DNA of 57,785 nt, filler included, from Bipalium vagum (GCA_037834085.1; 3 parts of 3 records of this genome joined end to end with filler, not necessarily neighbours in it); one strand, 5' to 3'; numbered from the whole stretch's first letter, positions 38,677 through 52,941 are shown. Notes: a model not told the origin generated them from the letters alone. Numbers and translations are program-made.

Positions 38677-39012
38677 CAGTGCAACTTCTATTTTGGACCA
38701 ATTTCTGATATGAACCACTTCTAAGATCGGATCAAACTCCATATTTGGACCAATAATTTCTACTTATCATATTTCTCAATATTTTCATACAAAAAATAAA
38801 ATTCTTTTAATAATATTTTGGTAAATAACATTTTCAAAATCAGGAATGAGTAAAACATTATCGGATTATTTAATTCAAAAACGTTGAAATATATTATTAT
38901 TTATTGGACTTATTGTTGTTTTTTTTCTATTATTACATCCATTTAAGTTCATATAAAACATGTTTTATAGCCTTTTTATGTCTTAACGTGGTCAAAAATA
39001 GAAGTTGTCCTG
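38677..39012. mobile_element. Tc1/mariner-superfamily (pogo/Tigger-like) MITE, 336 bp
   Basis: 24-bp TIRs CAGTGCAACTTCTATTTTGGACCA and (reverse complement) CAGGACAACTTCTATTTTTGACCA, with TA on both sides. Confidence 0.85.
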
Positions 39013-40599
39013 TAATTAATTAATTAGTGGATTTATTGATTTATTTAAGTTAATGGTTCTCCCTGGTTAATTTTATTCTACTAAGAAGAATAAGTTAATT
39101 GACATGAGCTTATCATCAACCAAAACGATTAATTATATAGGTAAAGCCGAAATAATGAACATAAATCTTGGAAATTGGATAATATAATAATTGAGTGTTC
39201 CTTGAAAGCAAACTGGGGTCGCTGTGGAAACTAATTCCTAAATAAATTAAGGACATATTTATACCAGTTAGAATAATTTCTTGCATCACTATCCTTAGAA
39301 AGGAGAACAGTCTTTGTATTTTATTATTATTCTGTAGAATATTTTTGTGATAAAAGTTATTAAAAAGTTTTATATTGAAAGGTATCATTTTTTGATTGTC
39401 TTAGTGCTTAGGTTTTCTCCTCAATTCCTGTGAATTTCCTCATTCATTTCCTCATATTGGTAAGAGATTTGTCAGAAGAATAAATGACAAGCTTGGCGAT
39501 ATCTGCTGATAGAGATATGAGTGACTTAGAAGAAAAGTTAAAATGAAACCGGAAGCATTGAAAGAAGTACTTTTGAGTATTTCATAATTAAAGACAAGTT
39601 GGGTTAATGAAAAACGCTGGAGACATTTCCTTTATAAATAATTGTCTTGTATCTCTAACTGAATTGGATGGAATTTTCTCAACTCTTCTGCCAACATTAA
39701 TTCCTTTGACAAGAGGATGTCAAAATCTTTAAGGTTTCTCACAGTGCAACTTTTATGTTGCCGTTCCTCCTAAATATATAAATATTGGCTTGACAAGTCA
39801 TCTATTGTTGGAAATTATTTTGACAAATGTTTGCCTTCTCTTATTAACAATAGAATTTCGGCATAACCCCCCCCCTTCAATTCTATATCCAATATCTAAT
39901 TTTATTGGTTTTAGTAGTATTAATTAACTTATGAAACAAAGTATACAAATAACATTGCTCAATGCTTCGTCACTGTGTGGATTTTTTATTAGGACTGGAT
40001 AATTTTCTAAACTTTATGGCACTTTAATGTTTTAATTTATTTAATAATATTGTTATCTCCAAAAATAATGATATATAAATAGAACATATATTTAGGGTGG
40101 TAATTTTAATTGTCAAGTTAATTGAATTCTAACTTTAGCTATTTGAATTCCCAGGAACATAATTAATTATTAAAACAAAATAAATATATTATGACCATAA
40201 TATCACGTTGTTAAATATGAAATTTGTGTAATGAAATACCACGTTTATTGATGAATTACAAACAGAAAGAATTATGTTATTCATCAAGGTATGTGCTCAT
40301 ATTCCTGATACATTTTTGCCATTTAAGGCTGGTTATATAAAACCATGACGGACGAGAATCAATGAATTCCTAGAAGGCTAGTTTTATATCATTATCGAAA
40401 TTGAATTGCTATCCTAACAAAAAACGGTTATCTTTAAGTGGTCATTGCGAACCTTTGATTCTTGGCGACCCGGTAACTGATTTGTGAGTTCTAAGTGATC
40501 TGTATGAAATTTAGTAAACCAATATGATATTGTCTACTGTGTAGTAACACTGCAGACAAATACACTATTAATGTTTCTACCGGTCTGTAATGTTGTTTT

Positions 40600-41053
40600 G
40601 TCCCATAAAAACTTATACTTCATAATGATGAACATAGCAGATCTAACCATTTTAAATAAAATTGATTAATTTTTTCCAGATTACAAAGAGTACCTTAAAC
40701 AGGAGAAATATGCAAATTATCAAAACAAAAAACTTAATGGTAAAATATTAAGCCTGTGAGGAGGCTAATCAGATTCTGGGGAATTTTTTAACTATTTATT
40801 GTAATTCACTGTAGAACTTCCTTAATGGTGTAAAATAAAATTCAAAAGAGGACAGCGAAAGCTTCTTATCTTAGTTTTTCAGTGAAAAATCATAGAAGTT
40901 CTACAGTGACGGAATTCTAGATTTATCAAAGAAATGACAAGACATTGTCGACCAAGATGGTACATGTGTAGTTAAATAATTTTTTGAAATTGTTTGAGTA
41001 TTCTTACGTTTTTCATAGTGCTAAAATCGACGGAAACTTTTTAGACAACCCAA
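40600..41053 (+). mobile_element. mariner 3' remnant with TIR
   Basis: GILDLSKK*QDIVDQDGTCV and terminus ...gacaacccaa|TA. Left boundary is approximate. Confidence 0.55.
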
Positions 41054-42233
41054 TATAACATGAGAATATCTTTATTGTAACTTATCTTTATTATATTTCA
41101 TGCTTGACAACGAAATATGTGCGAAAATGATAAACTGGTAAATGAAACAATATAATAATAAAATATAACCCTTTATGTCATATTAATCCTCTTGAACAAA
41201 TTATATTTTATTAAGATGCGAACGTGAAACAAATCGTTTTTTAATGATTAGAAAAATTGAATATATCTTAGCTATTTCAAGGGACACCCAAAAAAGAATG
41301 AAAATTGTTATAGTTTTCTGCATTGAACCCTTTAAGTAATGATAACAGTATGATATTTTAAACTTTCCGTTTTACAAAGAAGTACAACATTATATTAAAA
41401 ATAATCTGGACCTGTTTTTTCGATATTGCGTCTGCGGCTAATATTATCTTGCTGATTGACTATTACCAAATGATTTAAGATCAATGTGGGCATTCCTTTT
41501 AATACATATTAGATTGATCTGTTATCAGCTTCCTTAAATGATAAAAAAAATTTAGTTTGCAACCTTTCATTTATGATGAAAAAGGAGGAGAATGGGGTAA
41601 GGTGCATCTGTGAATAAACAAAAAGATAAGTATTAGATTAAAACAACCTTGAACTCTCCAATGCAATCAAATAAATTTCTATGCTGAGAAAAAGGATTCC
41701 TAAGGTATTAACTAACTTTTTAAATAATATTTCTAATAATTATAAAAATAATAATAAAATTAGAAAAAATGGATAAAAATTCACAATGTAAATTAATTTA
41801 TAAAAAAAATAATCAATATAAATTTAATTAAAATTTGATTGTTTTAAACAAAACACAAAAATAAACCCAATAAAAAATGAAAATATTTCTTCTATTTGTG
41901 AAAAAATCATATATATGCTTTTACTTTAATTCTCATTATGATTATTAATAAAAATAATATCATTTATTTTTATTTTATTTTGTTTTGCTTTCTTTAGACA
42001 TTTACAGACGGATAAAATTTCGCAAATGTTTTAATTATAACATCGACTGCATAAATAAACACATTGTTTGAAGAATTAATTGCATTTTTAAAATTTAATT
42101 GTTATATTAGTTTTGTCTGAATTTAATAATTTAATTTCTGAAAGCTACATTTTTAAATAATATTTTTAATGAGTCTGAGATACAATAATAATAATAATAA
42201 TAATAATTAATAATAATAATAAAAACAAAAAAT

Positions 42234-43314
42234 TGTTCAATATTTAATGTATCAAATTTATACCTGACTGCAACTCTTAGGTGGTGCAAATAAAAACAAT
42301 CAGTAAAGTCACGCTTGTATTTATACCACACAAACACAAAAAAAATACATGGAAATACAAAAGATAAGCAATAGTCTGAGATCACAATTAATGTCCGCAA
42401 TGTTACACCAACCTCACACTATCTTATCACAACACAACAATAAAGAATGAATTAAATGTTTAATCAATTACTATCAATAATAATCAAATATAGTCAAAAT
42501 GGATCAAATGTAGTGTTAAATCAAATACTAATAATTAAATATAGTCACTGGTCAATAAAATATTAAAATTCGATTAAAACAAACAATACTTTTATAATTA
42601 CTTTTAGAGAAAAAAAGGTAAAATAAAAAGATCTTACGGTTTGTCTTCGGTTAAAACTCCCGAGTTATCGTCTGAGCCCTAACGGTTGCTCACCGATAAC
42701 CCGTTGGTGGGGAATTTTAAGCATAGTCCCATCATTTAAATAAACGTTGAAATACCTGTGAATTGAATTGTAATATTCGACTGTTGTAGAATTCTGCTTC
42801 CGTATTTGTCTGTTATCGAACTCTGCTTTCGTTTTTGTCTGTTATCGAACTCTGCTTTCGTTTTTGTCTGTTATCGAACTCTGCAGTTGACAATAATTGT
42901 AAGCAAGTTTTCTGAGGGGTGAAAATTTTCTGGAATCCCTTTGCTTATATGCTGTTTAGGACTGATTTTCATCTGGGAAATATTCTTAAGATATTCTCAA
43001 ATGGTACTTAAAATTCTAAATATTTTATAAAAATTCTAAAATTCTCTAACAATTCCCTAACAATTATTTTATGATGATCATTATTATTTATAAAATACCT
43101 CTTTTAGACTACTTTAAAATTAAAATTATTTTTTGAGGATTGTTTTTATTTCCTAAGTATTTCCCAAATAAAAATTCCTGGGAATTTTAAATCGATTTTC
43201 AAGTATTAATTAATTTTATATTATAATAGTATTATTATTATTATTAATATTTCTACTATTTTTATGGTTTTTCTTGCTTATTTTTCCCCGCGGGTGTCTT
43301 GGGTAAGCCCAACA
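42234..43314 (-). mobile_element. solo LTR (1081 bp) with 4-bp TSD AAAT
   Basis: TGTT...AACA termini with AAAT at 42230-42233 and 43315-43318. Internal three-copy ~28-bp tandem repeat at about 42805-42885. Related to 23411-23935. Confidence 0.8.
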
Positions 43315-44235
43315 AAATGATAATTAATAATAATAATTAATAATAATAATAATTAATAATAATGATAATAATAATAATAATAATTTTTGTAAAAGTATAT
43401 ATTGAAAATTGTGTTTTTAAAAATATTTTTATATTTATTAATAATTAATCTACCTTTACATCATTTCTCAAGAATGATATTTAGGTAGGTGAAATAGAAT
43501 AATAAATTGATAATTATTAGCTCGTCTTTTATACAAAAGAAAGTGGAAACATGTTCATTAAGATTCTGTTGCATTTTCAAGATTCAGTTGATCTTTATCT
43601 TATGATAAATATTGCTTTAATTATTATACTTTTTCAAATGGAAAAATCTCACCGTGTGATTATTGACATTTTGTTCATTACAATGTTCATTTAATCAATA
43701 ATATATTTATACATAATATTAATACAAATATAATATAGATTTCATTCTGCAAGGCATTAAAAAGACTATAATAGTCTTCCAAACGGAATTGTAGGCGTAG
43801 ACACATTTATTATTATTTCGGTTTGTATTCATTGAAAAAAAAATTCACTAAGTTAAACAATAATTTGCATAAAATTCCCCAAATAAGTTAATGCGTGAAA
43901 CTATTCAAGGGACTAAGCAGTCTATACTAAGACTTGTCATATTCCGGTACTCAGACTATGCTAATATCTGACTGCAAATAAACCACGGAGGACTCTGACC
44001 AGCCTAAAATTTTACTTTTGTTTTATAGAAATGTGATACTACAGACACGTTGAAATCTCAGAAATAGATAAGATATTAAGAAATAACTTAAAAACCATTA
44101 TTTTATAATACCTAAAATAGAAATTGACACAAAAAACGGAACAGAGACACGTGATTAAGATCGGTAAAATAATAATTTTTTTCACATTATTGTAAATTTT
44201 ATACTATTTTTTTAATTTATTACTATATTTTTTAC

Positions 44236-44281
<46 letters not shown>

Positions 44282-44302
44282 TAATAATAATAATAATAAT
44301 AA
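44236..44302. repeat. (AAT)n microsatellite
   Basis: AAT run with one AAC interruption. Confidence 0.9.
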
Positions 44303-44429
44303 ATTGAAAATCACATTGAATGCAAATTTTGAATGAATCGAAAAACTGAAATTATATTTCATTATTTACCATGAAATATGGCGTCATAAAATTTTGGTTC
44401 TCGTTTATTTTTTATTAAAATTTGTTAAT

Positions 44430-45018
44430 GTTAAAGGCCCTCTTTAAGACCACGTAGCTCGACTGTAATAAATTTGGGTATCATCTGAAAATAAATATTT
44501 TTAATACAATTTCTGATTCTATTTTGATTACTATTAGGCCATTCTAAAAAATTCATCCAATAGAAATGTCCGTTTTTATTCAATCAATTAAAATACAAAT
44601 TTGGTATAACGATCAATTGAGTTACCCAAGGATCTTCTACCAAATCGCGTAGGTTGTATTCATTTATGGCCAATAGTTTTCTTGATCTTGGAGCATTCAT
44701 TAAATCAAGGTTTCTCAATATCTTCATACCTTCCTCTTATCCAACGCTTTCTCATAAGCAACATGACCTCGGTTGCTGAATTGCTTTTATAAAATTTATG
44801 GTTAAAAGAGTGCGATGTCTTAAATGTCCCTTTGATTACATAAGCCTACCATTTTATAAATAATTGCAGATATTTTAAATGAATCATATTAATTAACAAA
44901 CGCTACATGCTTTAAATATTGAATAATATTTATTGAAATAATGTATTGAGTTTATTGATTAATTTTATTTAAACTTTTAATAAATTTGTCAAAAACCGGA
45001 CTTTTCTGAAATAATATA
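44430..45018 (-). mobile_element. decayed mariner 5' remnant
   Basis: KSNSATEV...LMNAPRSRKLLAINEYNLRDLVEDPWVT and a TIR-like end at about 44995-45018. Confidence 0.45.
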
Positions 45019-48000
45019 TAAAATAAAATTTAAATATTAATAAATACTTTTATGATAGATAAGTGCTTTGACTAATTATAACAAATTCAAAAAAGATGTA
45101 ATTATATCACAATGAACCAGTGAATAATCTTCAATAATTAAATCTTTTTTAATTTTTTAAAAAAATTATTTAAAATTGCAAAAAAATGATTTAAATAATT
45201 CACGATAAATATCAAAAAATATTTATTAAGCATTGATTAATTTTTGCAAAATATGTGCTGTTCATAATTTAAGATTTTTCATTTCATTAATTTCGAAAAT
45301 TGACCATAAACACAGATTATTATATAAAATTAAATTTAGTAAAAATGTTTATTTTATTATCTATTAATTGTATGGGTGGAAATGTAAACAAATATATTCA
45401 ATATTCGACATTTTAATGCTTTATAACCGAGCAGACTTTAAATTATTTTGTATTATAATTAATAAGGATTCAAAGCAGTCCTGTTTAACTATTTCAAGAA
45501 GAATATTTTTGTAAAGAGAGTAAGAAATAACATTAAAATTACCGAGGCTTGAAAATGTCTCTCAAAGGTAAAAACTGCAATGGTAAAGAAATTAGAAATG
45601 TAAAGTCAAACCAAAGGAAAATTGCATTATTAATTTTATATTTTTTAATTCGTTACATGAGAGAAATAAAGAATAAATAATAAAGTTTTTAATTAGATCT
45701 TGTGATGTTGATGAAATAAAAAAAACTAAAGTAAATTTTTAAAAAATTTTATTTGTTTCATTTTGAAGTTAGATGAATAAATTTACTGGACAATCGATAA
45801 GAATAGAGATTAGTGAAATGATTGTCATACAGCGCTCTATCTTCATGTTACCCTACAGGAAATATTAAGCTGAAGGGAAGCATTCTCAAATCATTACATT
45901 TGAGCTTCGAAGAAAAATATTAATGTTACCGGTTGTAGTATTATTTAAATTCATTGGATAAAGCACAATTGAAAGTATCGTTTATTTCAACGAAAAACAT
46001 TTTTAATGATTTTTTTAGATTAACGTATTACTGAAACTACCCAATTACATAATAAAAAATTTAATCAATAAAAATTCAATAATATAAAATTCTGTAAATA
46101 AAAATATTTATCATTGGATAATAATAATTAATAATTCTGAGTTTTTGAAATAAAAATAAATTTGAAATGTTATGTATTTCCTAATTATTATTAACTCAAT
46201 TTTTATATATAAGCTTTTTATATTCTTTAAAATTTTAATTCAAAAAATCATATTCTCGCAATTAAATTACAAATTGCTCTATTATTAGTAGTATTGTCGT
46301 AGTCAGTGATTAGTGCGCATGATTAAATAATAATGTATTGCTAATTATTACACAATTTAATGATAATCATTTTAGAAGTATAATATTTTTAGCGAATTAA
46401 TTGAGGGGAAGCCTAGAATTTTTTAGACTTCACTTATGAGAGCATTAATCACAGAAAGAACTAATTAATATCTTTACATTACGTTTATTGTTTTGCTTTT
46501 GTGTGAGTCTTATAATCTCTATTCATATTTGCTTTTATAGTTGTCCTTGTAATGAATATTTCTGCAAAAATTTTTTAGAAAGTTTTCCGCCGAGTTCTCA
46601 ATTGATGAGAATTTTCATCTCTGATTAGGTCTTGAGTTACAGTGATCTCGCGATTTATAGAAATATTATCTTTGACCGCTAGTTATTATTAATAATAACA
46701 AATATGGTACTTCATATATTTGTATATCTTTTTATTATATAAATATTATAAAAGAACAACAAGTTTTTAAAATATTTATATGCATTTATCTATTCTTTTA
46801 CTTGACTCCGTTTATTTAAGTCATTTCAAGTATTCGAAATCTGTTAGAAGTACCTATAACTAAGAACTGATACAAATGACACCAAATGAAATACATGAAG
46901 ATTACGACTTAATAAATACATATTTTGGTAACAAAAATACAACCAAATGTCTGCAATTATCAGTTTCCAAACCCTATAATTATTATTATCAGTTATTTAT
47001 AAGTCTAAAGATTTTCTCAACTAAGATCGAAAGACAGGCAGTTCTCTCATAAGGTTGAGATTTGGTAGTTGGGCCAAGATAAATGAGGTTGGATGAAGGG
47101 ATATTATATGACGCTCGGTCAACTGAAAGAAAGGGCAACAGTATTTATTTAACTTTAATTAAGAACTTGGCAAGGTAGTCTTTTTCAAAGATATATTTAT
47201 AATCTGGTTATTGTTCATACCCTTTTATGAGACCGTTCTAAGCCAATAATAAGTGTCCGCGGTTTAATTTTTTATAATTAAAATTTTTAATAAGTCTTGG
47301 TACTAATATATAAATTAGTAAAATACAAAAAACAAGAATTCATAAAAATGGTAAATCCTGGTTGGAAATTATTATTTATTATTATTTTGAGGAGGTGAAT
47401 CAGACCTGGGGAATTTTTAATTATTATTTTAAAATATTTAAAAAGTATTAATGAAATTTTTTCAAAAAATTTTTTTTTTAATTTAATAAAAAAAAGGAAT
47501 TTTGAGGTCTGAGAAAATTTGTTTAAATATTATATGTTTATCATTTAATAAATCTATTCAAAAAATAACTTCTAATTCTGAGTATAAACCGAATGATATT
47601 AACAATTATAAAATATAATAAAAATGATCTTAGGAAAAATAATTGAAAAATCAAGCATTCCGATTTGATGTTCATTTTTAAATGATATTTTTCAAAATAA
47701 AACCATTTCCCTTAAAAACTAATGATTTAGAAAGAAAAATGAATGTAAATATTCATTAAAATGACTTTCAGCATATTTTATTATCTCTTCATTACCAAAA
47801 TTTCATTACAACATAAATCATTTCCATAGAAAACTCACTGCATACGATAATTCTTGATCTGAGACGGTTTTCCATCTGATTTCATTTAGAAATTGATCAC
47901 AATCTCCTCCGTTACGAACGGTTAATGGCTGAAGTTTGCGGTTTCCTTTTTATCAAAGTGAAAAATACAAATTCTCATTTTTTTCTCATGGTGCTCATTA

Positions 48001-48115
48001 GGCAATTATTTATTATAATTAATACAAATTCTAATTTTGATATCACAGAAGAAAATTAATAAAATTCAGAATACCGACATAATAAAGATAATAATTTGTT
48101 AGTTGAAAATTAATC

Positions 48116-48186
48116 GGAGATACCGGGATTGGAACCCGGGACCTTCACATGCGCATGAACTGCTCTGGCCGCTGAGCTACATCCCC
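48116..48186 (-). pseudogene. tRNA-Ala(CGC)-derived pseudo-tRNA / short element, copy B
   Basis: GGGGATGTAGCTCAGCGGCCAGAGCAGTTCATGCGCATGTGAAGGTCCCGGGTTCCAATCCCGGTATCTCC. Acceptor, D and T stems are intact, the anticodon stem is mispaired and the T-loop reads TTCCAAT. Embedded in a 13-bp inverted repeat (48103-48115 / 48187-48199). Confidence 0.75.
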
Positions 48187-49554
48187 GACTAATTTTCAAT
48201 TTATCTCACAATATTATTTAAATTATATTTGGAAAAACCACTTGTTTAATGGATTATCGTACAACTTACAAATTTGAAAGTGTTTATCAATTCGCAAATC
48301 TGTCAGTTGATGTGCGTCCATTCGAGGACTTTGTAATTGCTATCAATACACCGAATTATAAATTTTGAATGGTCTATTCGAGCTGATAACTCACGATTTG
48401 ATTGAGATGGATTTTAATCTACACAATCCAATCTTTGACGATCGAAGTTCTTCCAGAATCCTGTGAATGTTAAAAGCTGGTGTCATCAGAAGGTGCATGT
48501 TGTGCTTCAGCTTCTACTACTAATCTGGTTCATTTAGCGGCTGACATCTGTCTTTTCAAATAATGTAGACTACACAAATTTCATAAGTTTTAGTCATTTT
48601 AATTTTACACTAAAATGAATATTAAAACAAATATATATATAAAGTCAATCTTACTATTTTATTAACCAACCGATGTAAATTTTCATATAATAAATCAATA
48701 AGACAAACAAGTTATTTAGCTTTGATGTTGATATATCAAAAACGATCATTTTTACCGGACACCATAATATTATTACTAATACTATTCTTTTTAATTATAT
48801 TTCATAAGTTTTTCATTATCAATTTTATTATCTTTTTCAAAGTATCGAAAAATATATATGAAAGATACTGAAAAAATGTTACATCATTTTAAAATGATTT
48901 TTATCTTTAAATTATTAATCAGATTAAGAAGTAAAATGGAACAATAATATCTTTTGAATAATAAATTACAAATTCTATAATAAGTGCAAAAATCTCAATA
49001 TTAGTTGAAATATAAGAATCAAAGATTAACTTTCTAAAAGAGCAGAGGGTGGTGAGATTTTTTGAGAGTTAGTCAGTTTTCTCTAATGGATATTATTAAG
49101 TGCTCTAATTCATAAAAGCCACTGTACACAGCAATCAGAAATGTTTAAAGTTATCCATAACCTGTGGATTTTTTGTTTTGTTTTTTTTTGCCGATATATC
49201 TCTCGTTATTGTACCTTGGTATCTCATAAATTCAGAGAAATCACATTAAAAATCGCATTTTCGTTGGTAATTTCTAATTAAAAAGGAGCTTGCAAAATCC
49301 ATTAAATTAATTACAGGAAATAAAAAGTGAATTGCTTATAAAATATTAAATGAAACTGATGATGGATAAAGCCAAATTATTCTTCCATCTAAAACTAGTT
49401 TTTGTCTCAAAAATTTTTGCTTTTCTTTTGTTAAGTTCGAAAAGGTATTATATTATATTGCTTGATCATATTATAATATTACGACCTTCTATATAGCAAT
49501 CTAACTATTAGCGCTGGAGAGTACTGCTTTGTTTTCATCTTTTCCTCAACTAGA

Positions 49555-49905
49555 TTAAATGAAGGATGCAATGGTGGAAAACGTTCAGAAATGTGTAATA
49601 GATAAGCAGTTGTGTTATTTAGCGTTAGGTGTCACGTTTTATTGAATCTAATAAAAAAGGCATGGTTAGATAAACATTTTATAAGTCTTTCTGCAGATTT
49701 GCCTAATAATACTTCTCCCTATTATTATCTTTTCCACCCATTGCAGAATAGTTTAATGTAAAACGGATTTCAATCTTTAGAAGGTATCGAAAATCCTCTT
49801 TCAAACTATTCCAGGAAGCACACTATGGAATTCCTTAATAACGAAATCACGAAGCTGCTCAATCGATAGGCAAATTATTGAAGATAAAAGTGCTGATGTT
49901 TAATG
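49555..49905 (+). mobile_element. mariner C-terminal remnant
   Basis: LKDAMV...RSEMCNR*AVV; LQNSLM*NGFQSLEGIEN...EITKLLNR. Confidence 0.6.
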
Positions 49906-52031
49906 AATTTACTTTTAATTATCCTTCAATTTTCTTCTAAAAATTTCCTTCTACTAAACCAAAGATTATAACTGTTATGTTTACCAAGCTAGAAATTTTA
50001 CTGACCCTTTCACTTATGTTATTAATATGTTCTTTTAAGATCGAATCAAAATAATTACTATAAACTTAATTGTCTGTCATATAATAACAGGGTTGCAATA
50101 ATAGACCAGTCCACCAAAACAACCAATAAGCACTCTAATCGATGAGGCTTAAATCGTCAAAAATATTTTAAAAACATCAAAATAATTAAATTGTCACATG
50201 TCAATATGTCAATGAATCGTTAAAGAATAATAAATATATTACATCAAAATTACGAAAATGTTTTTGAACAAATCAATTGTATAAATAATTTGATCGACAA
50301 ATCAAAAATTAAAAGAAATATCAATTTAATCGAACAGTTAATAACAAAAAAATAATTGGATCGATAATTGGATTTGTTTTAAATAATCTAATTAATGGTA
50401 AAATGCAAAATTGAAATCAATTAACCAACCACGGTGATGCATCACCGAGTCATCAGGTAGACTCAAACCTGTTTACCTATAAGTGACCAAGCTGGACAGA
50501 ATCCATCGAATAATCCTGTCCCATATTATGAACAATTGAAAACAAAAGAAACTTTGAAAAATGATTAGATCTTCTGACGCAAATTAAACTGTTTTAATAA
50601 ATATCCTTTTCTTTTCTCCTAAAATCAATTTTCGGCATTCCGTACAGGACTCAGTACTCCAATGTACGAAGGTTGTCCACAAACTACTCAGTGGTTGGCC
50701 AATAGACATTCGCGTGACGTCTACTAAAAAAAGAATAATTCTTGATTCAATTTCCTTGGCGCTAATTACGGCCTGACATATCGACGTCAAGATTAGATTA
50801 TACATCATTATATTATTATATTACTATTTTCCCTTTATTATTATATTTATTTATTATATTAATTAAATTATAAATATTTTATTAATATCATTAAAATTGT
50901 TGTTGTAACGGTTATTAATGTTATCATATTTTTATTACCATTTAATAAAAAACCTAATAATAAAATTATAAATTATAATTTTGTGGCTCTATTCGTTTTA
51001 GATTTAGACTCTTAATGCTTATTTTCTCTCAACATCAAATATTTGTTCAACCTTCACAATAATATTTGTTTACTGAGGGTATGACTATTTACCAAGAGTG
51101 ATTTACATTATTTGTGCTCTCCAGATTTTTATTATTAAGTCAATTAATTCAAACAGTGAATTCTTCATATTGAAAAAGGAAATTATCGATTTATTATTAT
51201 TCCCTATATCCCATGAGAATATATTACAACTATTTTTATTATTTTTTTCCAACATGTTTTATCGCAATTTAAAAATTCCCACAGTAATACAATAAGTACA
51301 ACGTTTCATAGATTCCATATCAACTGTTACGATTGGGCAATCGATATAAAACAAATAAAATGATTTAAATGGTAATTAAAATTTTGTAATTAATTGAGGT
51401 TTAAATTTAACCTTTTATGATCATAATTGAAAAAGAGTTTATATAAAATAGAAGAATAAAAACAATTCTGCGACTATTGCAAACTTAAACAATGAAGAGA
51501 AAAGAAAAATTTTGAGTTTTGGGTAATGAAAAGAATAAATATTTTAAAAAATAATAATAAAAAGTAAGTTTCTGAATGGAAACGCAGAAATCCACGGATC
51601 ATCATGGTTTCATTAGATTAGTAATAATTATACTTTTATAAAATCAATTCTTAACCTTAATTTAAAGCATTATTTTCTTTTATTATAAAATGTTTATATA
51701 ATATTATGATTAGTGATTTTATGAATAATTTGGTTATTTTGTTAATGATTTCAACATTTTTATGATAACTCTGAAATCTGATATATAATTTGAGGAATAA
51801 ATTTTATTGTGATTCATTAATCAATTAATTTCAATGAGAAATAATTAATAATCAATAATCATTAAAGAAGTGTAATTACAAAATATAAATTCCGAAACAG
51901 GAAATATTTTTCCTTTGATGTAATATTTCAATAATCAAATATAATATATAATTTATTTTATAGAAATAATAATTTAATAATTTTTATGAAATATATGATT
52001 ATAACCATGACGTCATGATTTTCACATTCAG

Positions 52032-52157
52032 TTATCAATGCGACGTGCTGTCCTGTGTCGTCTGACGGTTACAAAAATTGGTCAGTAACAATAGCTAACA
52101 CTGTCGCTGTTCAGAGATGTCCCGGAAAGTCAAACAATACTGTTTATAACGAAAATG
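52032..52157 (+). CDS. class B1 (secretin-family) GPCR, CRF/DH44-receptor-like: extracellular hormone-binding domain exon a
   Basis: cag|..INATCCPVSSDGYKNWSVTIANTVAVQRCPGKSNNTVYNEN|gtaatt; phase 1 to phase 1. The upstream exon(s) were not identified. Confidence 0.8.
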
Positions 52158-52861
52158 GTAATTAATTTCATTGAGGATTAATACGGCAAATTTTTTCTAC
52201 GAACGTCTGTGAAGGTGTCAATAATGAGCAAAACATCATCACATTGTTACTTTTATTATCATTATCATTATTTATACAATGTCTCATTATTTTCTGCTTC
52301 AAAAATTAAGAAGAAAATTTGTATTTAAATGCTTTTTTATTTTTATCATAAAAATAATGGAAATATTAATATGATAATACTACTACTAATACTACTGATA
52401 ATAATAATAATAATTATTATTATTTTTATTATTTTTACTCATCAAAATCTAGTCTCATTTTTTCAGAATAAATAACGTTGATTTGTTTTTTGAAATATTA
52501 CCATCAAAATTGTGAAATTACTATTGGATATTTTTTTTTAAAAAATGAAAAAAACTGAAGATGGATTTTTATTAATTCAAGATTAGTTTTGAGAAAAAAA
52601 ATATTCTTTGCAAAGTATAAATTAATGTCCAATTTTATGAACAGAAAATTATTTGGAATGGAATTCAAGATGACAGAGGAATAATCATATTTCTTAGGAG
52701 AATAAAAAATAAATATTTTAATCCTTGTCATTAATGTTTCAATTGGAATCATCAAATATCATCTTCAGAAAATATTGAAAAAACCAACTAAAATATTTCC
52801 AAATAGCCATTAATTCTATTTTTTCCATTAATTTAGTTAATTAAAATATTTTTTCATTAAG

Positions 52862-52941
52862 AAAATATTACCAGAGCTTGTCTGCCCGGTGGAATCTGGG
52901 CCAGTAAATCCAATTATGATCGATGCATTTCCAATTATCAA
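52862..52941 (+). CDS. class B1 GPCR: extracellular domain exon b
   Basis: ag|(E)NITRACLPGGIWASKSNYDRCISNYQ|gtaag matches the RxCxxxGxWxxxxNYxxC motif of CRF receptors; splices in frame with both neighbours. Confidence 0.88.

Noticed and set aside
39116-39760. Possible coding relic (RT- or hAT-like)
   Set aside because: Too degraded; no diagnostic motif could be read.
42805-42885. Three ~28-bp direct repeats, superficially CRISPR-like
   Set aside because: No unique spacers; a simple tandem repeat inside a solo LTR in a eukaryotic genome.
45555-45573. ATG TCT CTC AAA G|gtaaaa as a phase-compatible first exon for the GPCR (other candidates near 44372 and 51576)
   Set aside because: Such short matches arise by chance; none can be chosen without transcript data.
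48116-48186. Functional tRNA-Ala gene
   Set aside because: The anticodon stem is mispaired, the T-loop is altered, and a degenerate second copy shares the flanks; treated as a tRNA-derived repeat.
50425-50465. CTGATGA (minus strand) followed by the palindrome CGGTGATGCATCACCG, suggesting a hammerhead ribozyme
   Set aside because: There is no GAAA after the stem, and stems I and III could not be built.
52006-52017. Palindrome CATGACGTCATG containing a full CRE next to a GPCR exon
   Set aside because: A single 8-mer is not unexpected in 58 kb, and it sits in a splice-acceptor region with no promoter evidence.
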